NCBI GenBank assembly: GCA_002504845.1
Contig: DATW01000044.1
Location: forward strand, 1-51,309
Source of the DNA: Euryarchaeota archaeon UBA250
Lineage (GTDB): Archaea; Thermoplasmatota; Poseidoniia; Poseidoniales; Thalassarchaeaceae
Reading direction: 5' to 3'
Length of the DNA stretch: 51,309 nucleotides
The notes beneath the pieces are model-generated. The model was not told the DNA's origin. It made no database searches and saw nothing but the letters and a program-made list of their open reading frames with translations. Position numbers and translations under genes: made by a program. Shown in pieces: positions 1-8,554 of this stretch; position 1 is the stretch's first letter; every line of letters starts with the position of its first letter.

Positions 1-1
1 A

Positions 2-349
2 GCCGACGGAGCCGATGGCGCACCTGGAACAATGCCAGTTGTGATGGAAATGACAATCACGGTTTCAGGAATGAAGTATTACGTCAATGGAATACAACAA
101 GCAGACATAGTTCTCTATAGGGGATTTACATACAATTTTGATCTATCCTCATCTACGTTGTCAATTCACCCATTCACTTTAGGAACACTCGCTGAGGGGG
201 GCCAATATACATCTGGGACAAGCACAACCAACCAGATTCTGTCATTCACAGTCCCTCTCGATGCACCTGATGATTTGTTTTACTACTGTCAAAATCATAG
301 CAATATGGGCGGCTCGATTGAAGTAACCTCATTAGGAAGCGTTAGCTAA
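2..349 (+). CDS. 3' end of a larger (5'-truncated) protein ending in a type-1 copper (cupredoxin-like) domain
   Basis: The frame is open from nt 2 to the first ATG at 32, so the gene starts outside the window. The candidate ligand set is His (SIHPF) followed by Cys-x2-His-x2-Met (YYCQNHSNMGG), the amicyanin-type loop spacing. The 3' end overlaps the next gene convergently by 18 nt. Confidence 0.55.
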   Translation, partial: ADGADGAPGTMPVVMEMTITVSGMKYYVNGIQQADIVLYRGFTYNFDLSSSTLSIHPFTLGTLAEGGQYTSGTSTTNQILSFTVPLDAPDDLFYYCQNHSNMGGSIEVTSLGSVS

Positions 350-1594
350 TTCCGTCATCGATCGCTCTGAGGGAGTCACCAAGGTCAGCCAAATTATTCC
401 CATTGCTATCTGAATCAATGCAGTAACAGCGATGGTTTCTCGAAGGCTGAGAACATCATATTCCATAACCAGACCGGCACCAAGTGCAGAGAAGCCCATC
501 ATCCCCGTCAAGAGGAAGTAATCAGTGCCTGCGACACGACCACGCCATTCATCCTCCGTCCTCTCCTGAAGCAGAGTAGTGCTGAGAACCCAGTTTATCC
601 CGCTACTTCCGTGAGATATGAAAACCAGCACTAGGATCGCCCATGTCCACTCAACGGCCGATATAGCGAGATAGAATGTACCTGCAATCAGAATTGACCA
701 CCCAAGAAGAGAAGGTCTCAACCTATCAGATTGCATGAGTCTCCTACCTACCACGGGTCCAGTTCCAGATCCAAACCCACGAGCCATATACAGTATTCCT
801 ATCGATCCAGCAGCGACTGATCCGAATCCTGCCTCCATGCCGATGAGTATGAGCAGGAATACCTGAGCACCACCGCCAGCAGCCCACATCGCCTTGGCGA
901 AAACAACTCTCCGTATGGGCGGATTCGACCTTATGTGCTTCCAACCATCCACTATTTCCACAAGACCGGTGAGTATTCCGCCTTCGCCCCGTTCTTCTTT
1001 GCTCGGACCTCCAAATGGCAGACTGGCGAACATCAGTGCGGAAATCAGGAATGTTAGTGTGTCGATCCAGAGCGCCATCTCGATGCCCAACTGGGAGATT
1101 GTCAACCCCCCTAGGCCTGCACCTATGCCAAGAGATGCAGACCACCCTGCGCTCCCCATAGCATTCGCCGTCAGTAGCTCTTCCTCATCGCATATGTTTG
1201 GAAGATACGCGTATTCAGCAGGATCGAATAGGACTCTGGCGAGAACCAGTGTCGAGGTCAGGGCGTAGACTGACCAGAGACTGCCTAGCAGGTCAAATGC
1301 TAGAAATGTCGTGAGAACCACGAATGACGAACCATTGGCAAGAACCATCAGGCCTCTTCGGGAATACTTGTCAGCAAACATCCCGGTCAGCGGCTCCAGG
1401 GGGGCATGTGTCAAACTGCGAACAGCCATCACGCCAGCTATGGCGAGCGGGGAACCGTCCGAGACCTCACCTGCTAGCAGGAACATCGAGATTATTGTGA
1501 ACCAATCTCCGACGAATGATATCATATTCGCAGCAAAGAGCCTCCTGAACGGACGATTCTTCCGAAGTAGTTCCACGTACCCTATGCTTGTCAC
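332..1594 (-). CDS. MFS transporter (MFS_3 / EntS-like exporter family)
   Basis: Hydrophobic helices run throughout. The N-terminal FRRLFAANMISFVGDWF motif is typical of this MFS subgroup. The ORF-track start at 1660 (ATG) shares a CATG with orn and leaves no spacer. The in-frame GTG at 1594 leaves a 64-nt spacer with a central GATGATAAC box about 30 nt upstream, so it is preferred. The start remains uncertain. Confidence 0.85.
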   Translation of the reverse strand: MTSIGYVELLRKNRPFRRLFAANMISFVGDWFTIISMFLLAGEVSDGSPLAIAGVMAVRSLTHAPLEPLTGMFADKYSRRGLMVLANGSSFVVLTTFLAFDLLGSLWSVYALTSTLVLARVLFDPAEYAYLPNICDEEELLTANAMGSAGWSASLGIGAGLGGLTISQLGIEMALWIDTLTFLISALMFASLPFGGPSKEERGEGGILTGLVEIVDGWKHIRSNPPIRRVVFAKAMWAAGGGAQVFLLILIGMEAGFGSVAAGSIGILYMARGFGSGTGPVVGRRLMQSDRLRPSLLGWSILIAGTFYLAISAVEWTWAILVLVFISHGSSGINWVLSTTLLQERTEDEWRGRVAGTDYFLLTGMMGFSALGAGLVMEYDVLSLRETIAVTALIQIAMGIIWLTLVTPSERSMTELANAS

Positions 1595-1658
1595 AGCGTA
1601 AGCCGGAAGGAGCAGGTTATCATCTAATGCATCAAGCCAATTGCTATGTGTTTTCAGC

Positions 1659-2213
1659 ATGGCAACTCACAATATGCGCGAGCGGCGTTTGGTGTGGATC
1701 GACCTAGAGATGACCGGCTTACACCCGGATGAAGGGGACTGCATAATAGAAATCGCCACGATAGTCACGGAGGGGGACCTATCGCTAGTCGCAGAGGGCC
1801 CAGTACTTGCAGTAGCCCCGGGCGATCTGAGCCGTCTCGATTCCATGGACGAATGGAATACGAAGACTCACACGTCTTCTGGATTAGTAGAGAGGATAAG
1901 GAGGGAAGGCGTCGATATTTCAGAGGCAGAATCCGCAACTCTATCTTTCCTTAAGGAGCACTGCCCACCGGGGCTTCCACTAGCAGGCTCTTCAGTTCAT
2001 CATGATCGTCGATTCATAAGAAAGGAGATGCCAGCTTTGGACGAGTTTCTCTCTTACCGGATTGTCGACGTGTCGTCATTCAAAGAGGTCATCAGGAGAT
2101 GGGCGCCAGATCTTCCCAGACATACGAAGCCCCCTAACCACAAGGCTCTGGAGGACATAAGAGGCTCAATAAGCGAATTGCAGTATTACAGGGATTCGGT
2201 TTTCAAAATATGA
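1659..2213 (+). CDS. orn: Oligoribonuclease (DEDDh 3'-5' exonuclease)
   Basis: The product aligns by eye along its whole length with E. coli Orn: LVWIDLEMTGL, IIEIATIVTEGDL, MDEWNTKTHTSSGLVERI, DRRFIRKEMP, YRIVDVSSFKE, HKALEDIRGSISELQYYR. The first ATG (1659) was chosen over the TTG at 1641. Confidence 0.93.
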   Translation: MATHNMRERRLVWIDLEMTGLHPDEGDCIIEIATIVTEGDLSLVAEGPVLAVAPGDLSRLDSMDEWNTKTHTSSGLVERIRREGVDISEAESATLSFLKEHCPPGLPLAGSSVHHDRRFIRKEMPALDEFLSYRIVDVSSFKEVIRRWAPDLPRHTKPPNHKALEDIRGSISELQYYRDSVFKI

Positions 2214-2234
2214 TGCAGATTAGGCCGATACTCC

Positions 2235-2933
2235 TCATTCAATCGGCTTGCCGTCTGAATCAGTCAATACCACATTTATGGCTAAGCCACGCCTGTGAAA
2301 GGCAATCAACTCCACCCCATGTATCCTGTGTCCAGTTACAGCCCGTCCGATCACCGGCCGATCCTCTTCGTCGGGCAGCTCAGTAAGAGGTCTTCTCACA
2401 CCTTCTACATCATCGAACCAAGGAGCTGCTCCCTCAGGGGAAAACCAGACCCCAAGAATCAGGTCTACCCCCTCGGTGAATTGGGCAGCCTCAGCATCAG
2501 CCCCGCTTGGAACCGCTGGAGCATTCGGATGTGTGTGCAGCCAGTGCGTAAACCTCCCTCCGCGAGGCCCCCTGTCTTCTGAGAATAAACCATCGACCCA
2601 CTCTTCTGGAACATGATGAACCTCATAGGAATCGCCACGATTCACAAGATGCGGCCTCCCAACCAACATCCCCTGGCCCGCAAATAGACCAGGCTCATCC
2701 GATGAACCCATGTAACGAGCCAATTCTCCTGAATAATCCATTTTCTCGGTATCGACATCCAATCCCACTAAGATCTCATCTGGAAGCGATCTGAACGTCC
2801 AATCGAGTATCTCAGATAGTGAATTCATCGGGATAGCCATCAGGCCAGCATATGCATCTCGATTTTCAAGGGACGTTAGGTTGTACCTCTGAGCTGCAGT
2901 AAACAGCCAATCAGGAATCGCCTCACGCATCAT
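2235..2933 (-). CDS. JAMM/MPN+ motif metalloprotease-like protein
   Basis: HTHPNAPAVPSGAD is an exact H-x-H-x7-S-x2-D JAMM zinc motif. The N- and C-terminal flanks are unrecognised. It lies 16 nt downstream of the TYW2-like gene on the same strand. Confidence 0.6.
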   Translation of the reverse strand: MMREAIPDWLFTAAQRYNLTSLENRDAYAGLMAIPMNSLSEILDWTFRSLPDEILVGLDVDTEKMDYSGELARYMGSSDEPGLFAGQGMLVGRPHLVNRGDSYEVHHVPEEWVDGLFSEDRGPRGGRFTHWLHTHPNAPAVPSGADAEAAQFTEGVDLILGVWFSPEGAAPWFDDVEGVRRPLTELPDEEDRPVIGRAVTGHRIHGVELIAFHRRGLAINVVLTDSDGKPIE

Positions 2934-2949
2934 TCAACCCACATCCCCC

Positions 2950-3855
2950 TCATTCATAGTCGTGATGAGGAATTAGATTTAGATCTAGCACCACATGATC
3001 CCACCTTGGCGCATAACTCTTGACTCGATGCAGTGCCGCTGGACGGATATCATAATCATTCGAAGCAATCTGAATTTCCGATATCCAATTACTCGAATAG
3101 TGATCATACTCTCCTGAGGCTGCTAATCCATGCAGATGAATCATGCCCCCTTTTTCAGACATGGCCCCAATAGCAGCATCAACAGCAGACGTAGCATCGG
3201 GAAGAAGCCCTAGGATGATTCGATCGACTTCTAGATCACTCGACGTCACCGTCTCTCTACAATCTCCTTCCAAAATAGTACATTGAGATTCAACGTTATT
3301 CTCCTTAAGATTCCATCTCAGTGCTTCTATCGCGGCATCATTCCATTCACAGGACCACACTGTGATGCTGGGGTCTGCCATGAGGGATGGAAGGGTGTAG
3401 TAACCAATTCCCGCGAACATATCCAAAATCCTCTCTCCCCTTTTGCCTATTTCACGCATCCTTCGCCTCTCATTGACGTTTCCTGCACTCCACATGCATT
3501 GTAGGATATCGTAGCCATAGCGAATGCCATTTTCCTTTCGTACAGCCCATCCCCCTCTCGAGCTCATCAGCAGAGGCTCAATCATAGGCTTCCTCATCGG
3601 ACCATCGACCTCCCCCTTACGGAAGACCCTCTCCGCCCCTAGGCATCTAGCAACGCAAACCCAGAGAGACGCCTCAGAAACGCAATCCCAGAATTCGCTG
3701 ACGAAGGCCGAGGGCGGGAGAATCACGACGTCATCGAAACGCTCCCATTTCTTGGGAACGTCAGATGGAAGAGGAACGTCCTCTGAAAATCCACTTTGAA
3801 TCAATAGATCCCTGAGACCTTCCTCCAAATTAGAGTGAGGGTCGAAACGAGCCAT
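2950..3855 (-). CDS. Met-10+ (Trm5/TYW2) family SAM-dependent tRNA-37 modification enzyme, TYW2/Taw2-like
   Basis: SAM motif I is ILDMFAGIGYYTLP. DRIILGLLPDATS resembles the TYW2 LGLxP motif rather than the Trm5 NLP motif. The start was trimmed to ATG 3855 (MARFDPH...); the ORF-track extension to 4020 runs into the divergent gene. Confidence 0.7.
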   Translation of the reverse strand: MARFDPHSNLEEGLRDLLIQSGFSEDVPLPSDVPKKWERFDDVVILPPSAFVSEFWDCVSEASLWVCVARCLGAERVFRKGEVDGPMRKPMIEPLLMSSRGGWAVRKENGIRYGYDILQCMWSAGNVNERRRMREIGKRGERILDMFAGIGYYTLPSLMADPSITVWSCEWNDAAIEALRWNLKENNVESQCTILEGDCRETVTSSDLEVDRIILGLLPDATSAVDAAIGAMSEKGGMIHLHGLAASGEYDHYSSNWISEIQIASNDYDIRPAALHRVKSYAPRWDHVVLDLNLIPHHDYE

Positions 3856-3907
3856 GAGCGATCGGGAAGGCGCGATGATAAAGACGGTCACCCCTCTGAA
3901 CAGTACT

Positions 3908-6790
3908 ATGAGGGCGAAATCCACTTCTGTTTTCCTCGTCGTCATAATGGCCATATCGACGGTCAGTGCAGATCCCCCGCCCGGTTCGCCGGAGGTCCAG
4001 AATTCAATTTGTGACACCAATGCAACCCCTGGGGGAATTTGCGACGACTATGACTCAAATCTGGATGGAAGCATTGGCCCAGATTGGTCACAAATCGCAG
4101 TTCAGCTGTCCATGGAAAGTGCGAGTGAGATTGAGATAGAGATATTTGTTGCAATGCACGAGGTAAGCAGAACACAACTCGGTCTACAAGAAGTAGATCT
4201 CGAAGGCGACTCAGGGCCTGAGGACGGAATTCCCGCCGATCATATCAGAAATTTCTTCGACGAAGAAACAGGCGATGGGAGAACTGTAAGTGACAGGATG
4301 TTCGACGAGGTAGATCGAATGGTCGCAAATGTCCTCGGTGAGAATTTCGAATCTATAGGTCAGCCAGTTACGAACACAGTCAGCTTTGTACCTAGAACAC
4401 TTTCCTCGAATCTGCAATGTACCGCAGATTCATCAATCGATTCTGCTGATGAAGACGAATTCAGGGATAACGACCCATTCTGGCCTCCCATATGTGTTAG
4501 ATCAGCACTCTCGGTGACAATCAATGCCTCCTCAATCGGCATGGACGACACTAGGGGGAATCTCGATAGAACCTTGCTCGGCCTCTTGATAATGGGCGCC
4601 TCGGTAGATCTCGAATTCGATCTTCTAGTCGAGCCGGGCCAGTCCCTAGAGATGTCTCTCATTCCACCCACATATGCTGAAGCAACTTCGGCAAGACAAG
4701 GCACATCTATTGTAAGCCAAGATATCGCTAATTTCAGAACACAAAGATTTGCTGTCATCGATGAGGACAGAATCGGAGAAAACCCGCTCCAACCAGCATC
4801 TCCTTTGACATTGGATGCAACAATTCAACACCTTCCCGACGAAACGCCTACTGTTGATTTGAGCCAGACCGACGAACCAGGGCTATCCATCAACCTAGTC
4901 GTTGATGCAGTTGATACATCTAGAGCCAGATTCGGCTTAGATATCGCCCTACACCACTTGGATTCTTCAACTTTAGAGGCATGGTCAATCGATATTGAGC
5001 AGGACGGGGTCGATGTTCCATGGGTCACTGCTGATGGACTTCGACTTCTAGATGAGGAAACAGACGTGGGGTTGAACCAAGTCATAAACGGCATACCGAT
5101 GGATGAGATATCCGAATCTCTCAGCGAAGTTCTTGGAAATGATATACAACTGGAGACACCATTCTTTTCTCAGACCAATGAAACTGGCGGACTTGAATTC
5201 ATCCATACGCCGGGCTCAACTTGTTCAGAGACGTCCCCTTCTCGCTATTGCCTAGCTGGGCCCAATTCGATGGGCACGACATATCCAATCCTAATATCCG
5301 CATACAGTAACCCCGCTCCAATCGAACTCTCGAAGACTTTCGAACGTCTTCTAGAGAATAGTGGCATGGACGTTGCACAGATTGACATTTCTGCATTCAC
5401 AGACGAAGATCTTGCAAGGATGATGTCGGTGCTATCAGTTGATCTCTCTCATGATGTCGGTTGGATAGCGGGAAGCCTTCCAGACATACTCCCCGATTCA
5501 GATTTGCAGATACGCATAGATCTTCCAAGCTGGGTCAGATCGACCAGTGGAAATCCGTCAAACCTCATTCTCGATGTCTCTGAGGGAGACGCCATCCAAC
5601 AAATTAGCGTTGAAGGAACTAGACAATTCGATTGGAGGCATGCGATATGCATGAATTCAACCCCCTGTACGGACGATAGCCAAGACGTGATCTGCAAATC
5701 CTCGCAGTCCACATGTGTCGCGGCAACTATTGACTTCAGCATAGAAAGCATATCCATTCGAGAACTGTCTTCCTCAGCAATAGTTGACTTTGACCTTCAC
5801 TTCACCATAGACCTCTACAGAATCGATGTGGACTTCGGGATAGAGGGTGTAGAAATTTCTCCAATGCCTTCTGATCTGATGAGACACGTCGTTAGCGTAG
5901 GAGACAGGGCTGAGGGCGGCATATTGAATGGAACTGAATTCAAGCGAATCGACTCCCCGTTTCCCAATGACAATCACCCAATAGATCTCGACATATCCAA
6001 TGAGGGCTTGCAGGACCTAGCAGACGAGATGACAAACAGAATCCGCTTGCAGATGATTGAATTGAGCAAAGAAGAGAGCTCTGAAATTGAATTAGGAACT
6101 CTAGGTTCTGTCACTCCAATAATCGATCTCTCAGACGCTCCCCTTGCTCTCTTCGTGGATAGATTCGAATCATTGCAGTCGCCAGAACTGTCTGATCGAC
6201 AACCACTTCGAATCGGCGGCTCCATGTCCGACGCTCAAGTCAGAATTTCGCTCAATGATGATGAACTCGGAATCAGGGTGGCTGAGCAGACCGCATTTGG
6301 GACGTTCATATCCACAATCAGAAATTCCATCTCACCAGAGATAAGCATGGACGGTATCGGACCATTCTCAGGAGCAGTCAATGTCCTCCCCTTGGACGAG
6401 GAAACTGAATTAGGAACAATCAGGCCAGTAGTAATCGAACGCATCAAACTCCCTAAATCGATAGAAGTCCTTGTTTTTGAGAGCAGTATGCAAAGAGCAT
6501 TCATAGAAAAATCAGGAGAGCATACGACTCTTGTCTATCTGACCCCGGTCTTCGACTGCGAAGATGCGGAAGAACAACCTCCATGTGAGACGAAGAAAGA
6601 CACCGTAGAACTCTCAATCATGATATCTTGGTCACTAGTTCTAACAGAGGCCGTCCCCTATCTAATTGGGATTTCAGTAATCCTTGGTTTACTCATTTGG
6701 AGGAGGCGTGTAAAGCGTATAATGAAGCGAAGAAAGAAAGCGGATGCGCTTGAGAAAGCAACCATGGAATGGATTGACTCGGTCGCTTAG
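3908..6790 (+). CDS. Large acidic surface protein with no recognisable domain; N-terminal signal peptide and C-terminal TM anchor
   Basis: A 2.9-kb ORF. MRAKSTSVFLVVIMAISTVSA is signal-like. The C-terminus VPYLIGISVILGLLIW is followed by the basic tail RRRVKRIMKRRKK. The sequence is D/E/S/I-rich and I recognise no catalytic or repeat motif. Confidence 0.7.
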   Translation: MRAKSTSVFLVVIMAISTVSADPPPGSPEVQNSICDTNATPGGICDDYDSNLDGSIGPDWSQIAVQLSMESASEIEIEIFVAMHEVSRTQLGLQEVDLEGDSGPEDGIPADHIRNFFDEETGDGRTVSDRMFDEVDRMVANVLGENFESIGQPVTNTVSFVPRTLSSNLQCTADSSIDSADEDEFRDNDPFWPPICVRSALSVTINASSIGMDDTRGNLDRTLLGLLIMGASVDLEFDLLVEPGQSLEMSLIPPTYAEATSARQGTSIVSQDIANFRTQRFAVIDEDRIGENPLQPASPLTLDATIQHLPDETPTVDLSQTDEPGLSINLVVDAVDTSRARFGLDIALHHLDSSTLEAWSIDIEQDGVDVPWVTADGLRLLDEETDVGLNQVINGIPMDEISESLSEVLGNDIQLETPFFSQTNETGGLEFIHTPGSTCSETSPSRYCLAGPNSMGTTYPILISAYSNPAPIELSKTFERLLENSGMDVAQIDISAFTDEDLARMMSVLSVDLSHDVGWIAGSLPDILPDSDLQIRIDLPSWVRSTSGNPSNLILDVSEGDAIQQISVEGTRQFDWRHAICMNSTPCTDDSQDVICKSSQSTCVAATIDFSIESISIRELSSSAIVDFDLHFTIDLYRIDVDFGIEGVEISPMPSDLMRHVVSVGDRAEGGILNGTEFKRIDSPFPNDNHPIDLDISNEGLQDLADEMTNRIRLQMIELSKEESSEIELGTLGSVTPIIDLSDAPLALFVDRFESLQSPELSDRQPLRIGGSMSDAQVRISLNDDELGIRVAEQTAFGTFISTIRNSISPEISMDGIGPFSGAVNVLPLDEETELGTIRPVVIERIKLPKSIEVLVFESSMQRAFIEKSGEHTTLVYLTPVFDCEDAEEQPPCETKKDTVELSIMISWSLVLTEAVPYLIGISVILGLLIWRRRVKRIMKRRKKADALEKATMEWIDSVA

Positions 6791-6794
6791 CGAG

Positions 6795-8498
6795 CTAGTA
6801 TTTGCTGAATGACTCACGAATTCTTCTAGCAAGCTCTTTTCCTATTCCTTGGATGGCTTTCAACTCCTCCACACTGGCATGCTCTATGCCTTGAATCCCG
6901 CCGAAATGCCTCAGAAGAGTCTGAATTTTCTTTGCTCCCAGCCCCTCAACGTTCTCTAGTGGATTTCTCAGACTTCCTTTCGATCTCTTTTTCCGATGAT
7001 AGGAATTAACGAATCGATGTGCCTCATCTCTCGCATGAACAATCATCCGACCCTTTCTATCCAGGATGAATTCCCTGCCGTCTTCTGTGAATACTGTCTC
7101 TTCTCTCTTCGCCAGAGCGATTACAGAGAAAACGCCAGCCAGACCATGAGAATCGAGCATTCTCAGTACTGCAGACAAGTGTGTCTTTCCACCATCCAAG
7201 ATAACCAAATCTGGCCATTCATTCTGATGTTTCAACCAACGTTCTACAACGCCGGTCATCATTCGAAGGTCATCCGCAGCTTCGTCTTTCACACGATAGG
7301 TTCGATATTCTGACTTTTCAGGACGACCATTCCTGAATACGACGGACGCCCCTACTCGTGACTCCCCAAGAAGCTGCGCCATGTCGAAGCATACAACATG
7401 ATTCAAGCTGCTCATTCCAAGTAATTTTGCTGCATCCTCGGCGGCTTGATGTTCTATCTTTCCTGAAGATCTGCTCTTCGCACGCTCAACATGCATCTCA
7501 GCATTCCGATCAGCCAAACGTCTGAGTTTTGCAAGCTTCCCCCTTTCTGGAACACGAACCTCCACGGTAGCACCACGCCTTTGACGCAACCATTCTTTGA
7601 GGTCCTCGCCGAGATTCTTCGGTGTAAGGAGAATCTTTGGGGGCCTCTGGCTCGAATAATGCTCTGCAACAAGTAATGAAACCGACTCCCCGATGTCTCC
7701 TCTGTGGATCATCGGGTAGGTAACCTGCCCCTGGATTACTCCTTCATCGGCTTGTATGATCACTGCATTGCCAAAATCTCCTCTTGATGCGAATCCTATT
7801 GCGTGTACCTCGGTATAGAATCGGCTGCGTATGATTTGATCTGAAATTGTTTTTTGGATGACTGCTATCATATCTCTGAAACTTGCAGCTTTCTCATACT
7901 GCATGGCCTCTGAAGCGATATCCATATTTCTTTGAAGACCTTTGATTATAGAGGCAGCATCGCCATCAAGAACACTTTCTACCACTCTGACCCTGCCGAT
8001 GTAGCCTTCGAGTCCTCCGTGATCATCATAACCAAACGGTATATTGTCCCGCTCATCCCGTATGCCGAATTGCCTTCTGAGCAGTTTTATGACTCTCTTA
8101 GCTGCACCAGCATCTGGAAAAGGACCCCATATCTTCGACCCTTTCGGCGGTCTCCTTGTGTAAATGATACGAGGATATTCGTGTTTTGTGATTGCGATAA
8201 ATGGATATGACTTGTCATCCTTGAACATTGAATTGTATCTCGGTTTGTGCTTCCTGATCAACTGCTTCTCAAGCACAAGGGCCTCACTAGGACTCTCTGT
8301 CACGATGAAATCAACGTCATCAGAACTTGAGACCAATTGTGGAATCATTGCTCTGTCTGGATTTGGCGAGAAATATGAGCGAACCCTACTCTTGATACTC
8401 GTTGCCTTGCCAACATAGAGAACCCTGCCTGAATCAGTCCTGAAAAGATAGACACCAGGAGCTTCTGGAAGATCGAGATCGCGAGGTTCGAGTGGCAT
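6795..8498 (-). CDS. uvrC: Excinuclease ABC subunit C
   Basis: The GIY-YIG N-terminus (GVYLFRTDSGRVLYVGKATSIKSRVRSYF), the UVR motif (YEKAASFRDMIAVIQ) and the C-terminal (HhH)2 (GLGAKKIQTLL...IQGIGKELARRI) are all present. A GGAGGGGG Shine-Dalgarno lies 11 nt upstream of the ATG. Confidence 0.93.
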   Translation of the reverse strand: MPLEPRDLDLPEAPGVYLFRTDSGRVLYVGKATSIKSRVRSYFSPNPDRAMIPQLVSSSDDVDFIVTESPSEALVLEKQLIRKHKPRYNSMFKDDKSYPFIAITKHEYPRIIYTRRPPKGSKIWGPFPDAGAAKRVIKLLRRQFGIRDERDNIPFGYDDHGGLEGYIGRVRVVESVLDGDAASIIKGLQRNMDIASEAMQYEKAASFRDMIAVIQKTISDQIIRSRFYTEVHAIGFASRGDFGNAVIIQADEGVIQGQVTYPMIHRGDIGESVSLLVAEHYSSQRPPKILLTPKNLGEDLKEWLRQRRGATVEVRVPERGKLAKLRRLADRNAEMHVERAKSRSSGKIEHQAAEDAAKLLGMSSLNHVVCFDMAQLLGESRVGASVVFRNGRPEKSEYRTYRVKDEAADDLRMMTGVVERWLKHQNEWPDLVILDGGKTHLSAVLRMLDSHGLAGVFSVIALAKREETVFTEDGREFILDRKGRMIVHARDEAHRFVNSYHRKKRSKGSLRNPLENVEGLGAKKIQTLLRHFGGIQGIEHASVEELKAIQGIGKELARRIRESFSKY

Positions 8499-8554
8499 CT
8501 TCGATACCCCCTCCTAGGCCAAGGGCCATGAAGTGATGGCTTGACCCCCGCTAT

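Noticed and set aside
744-1601. Three ORFs of 96-133 aa (744-1145 minus, 894-1268 plus, 1311-1601 plus) lie within the MFS gene.
   Set aside because: They are alternate-frame or antisense products of a membrane-protein gene, Arg/Ser/Pro-rich, with no motifs.
1658-1661. Divergent ORF pairs in the ORF track appear to share overlapping start codons in a CATG palindrome. This occurs at 1658-1661, 3853-3856 and 11165-11168, with further CATG contexts at 45111-45114, 19324-19327, 27047-27050 and 29631-29634.
   Set aside because: A plus-strand ATG overlapping a minus-strand CAT needs only a G in the next position, about a 1 in 4 chance. In each case at least one partner has a better downstream start supported by a signal peptide, family-typical N-terminus or -30 box. 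This is an artefact of longest-ORF extension rather than a designed overlap.
8510-8533. A TTCATGG box lies 34 nt upstream of uvrC and could be a leaderless promoter.
   Set aside because: uvrC has a strong GGAGGGGG Shine-Dalgarno 11 nt upstream of its ATG. A transcript starting about 25 nt downstream of that box would exclude it. The box fits the divergent STAND gene better (30 nt to GTG 8555). The uvrC promoter is left unassigned.
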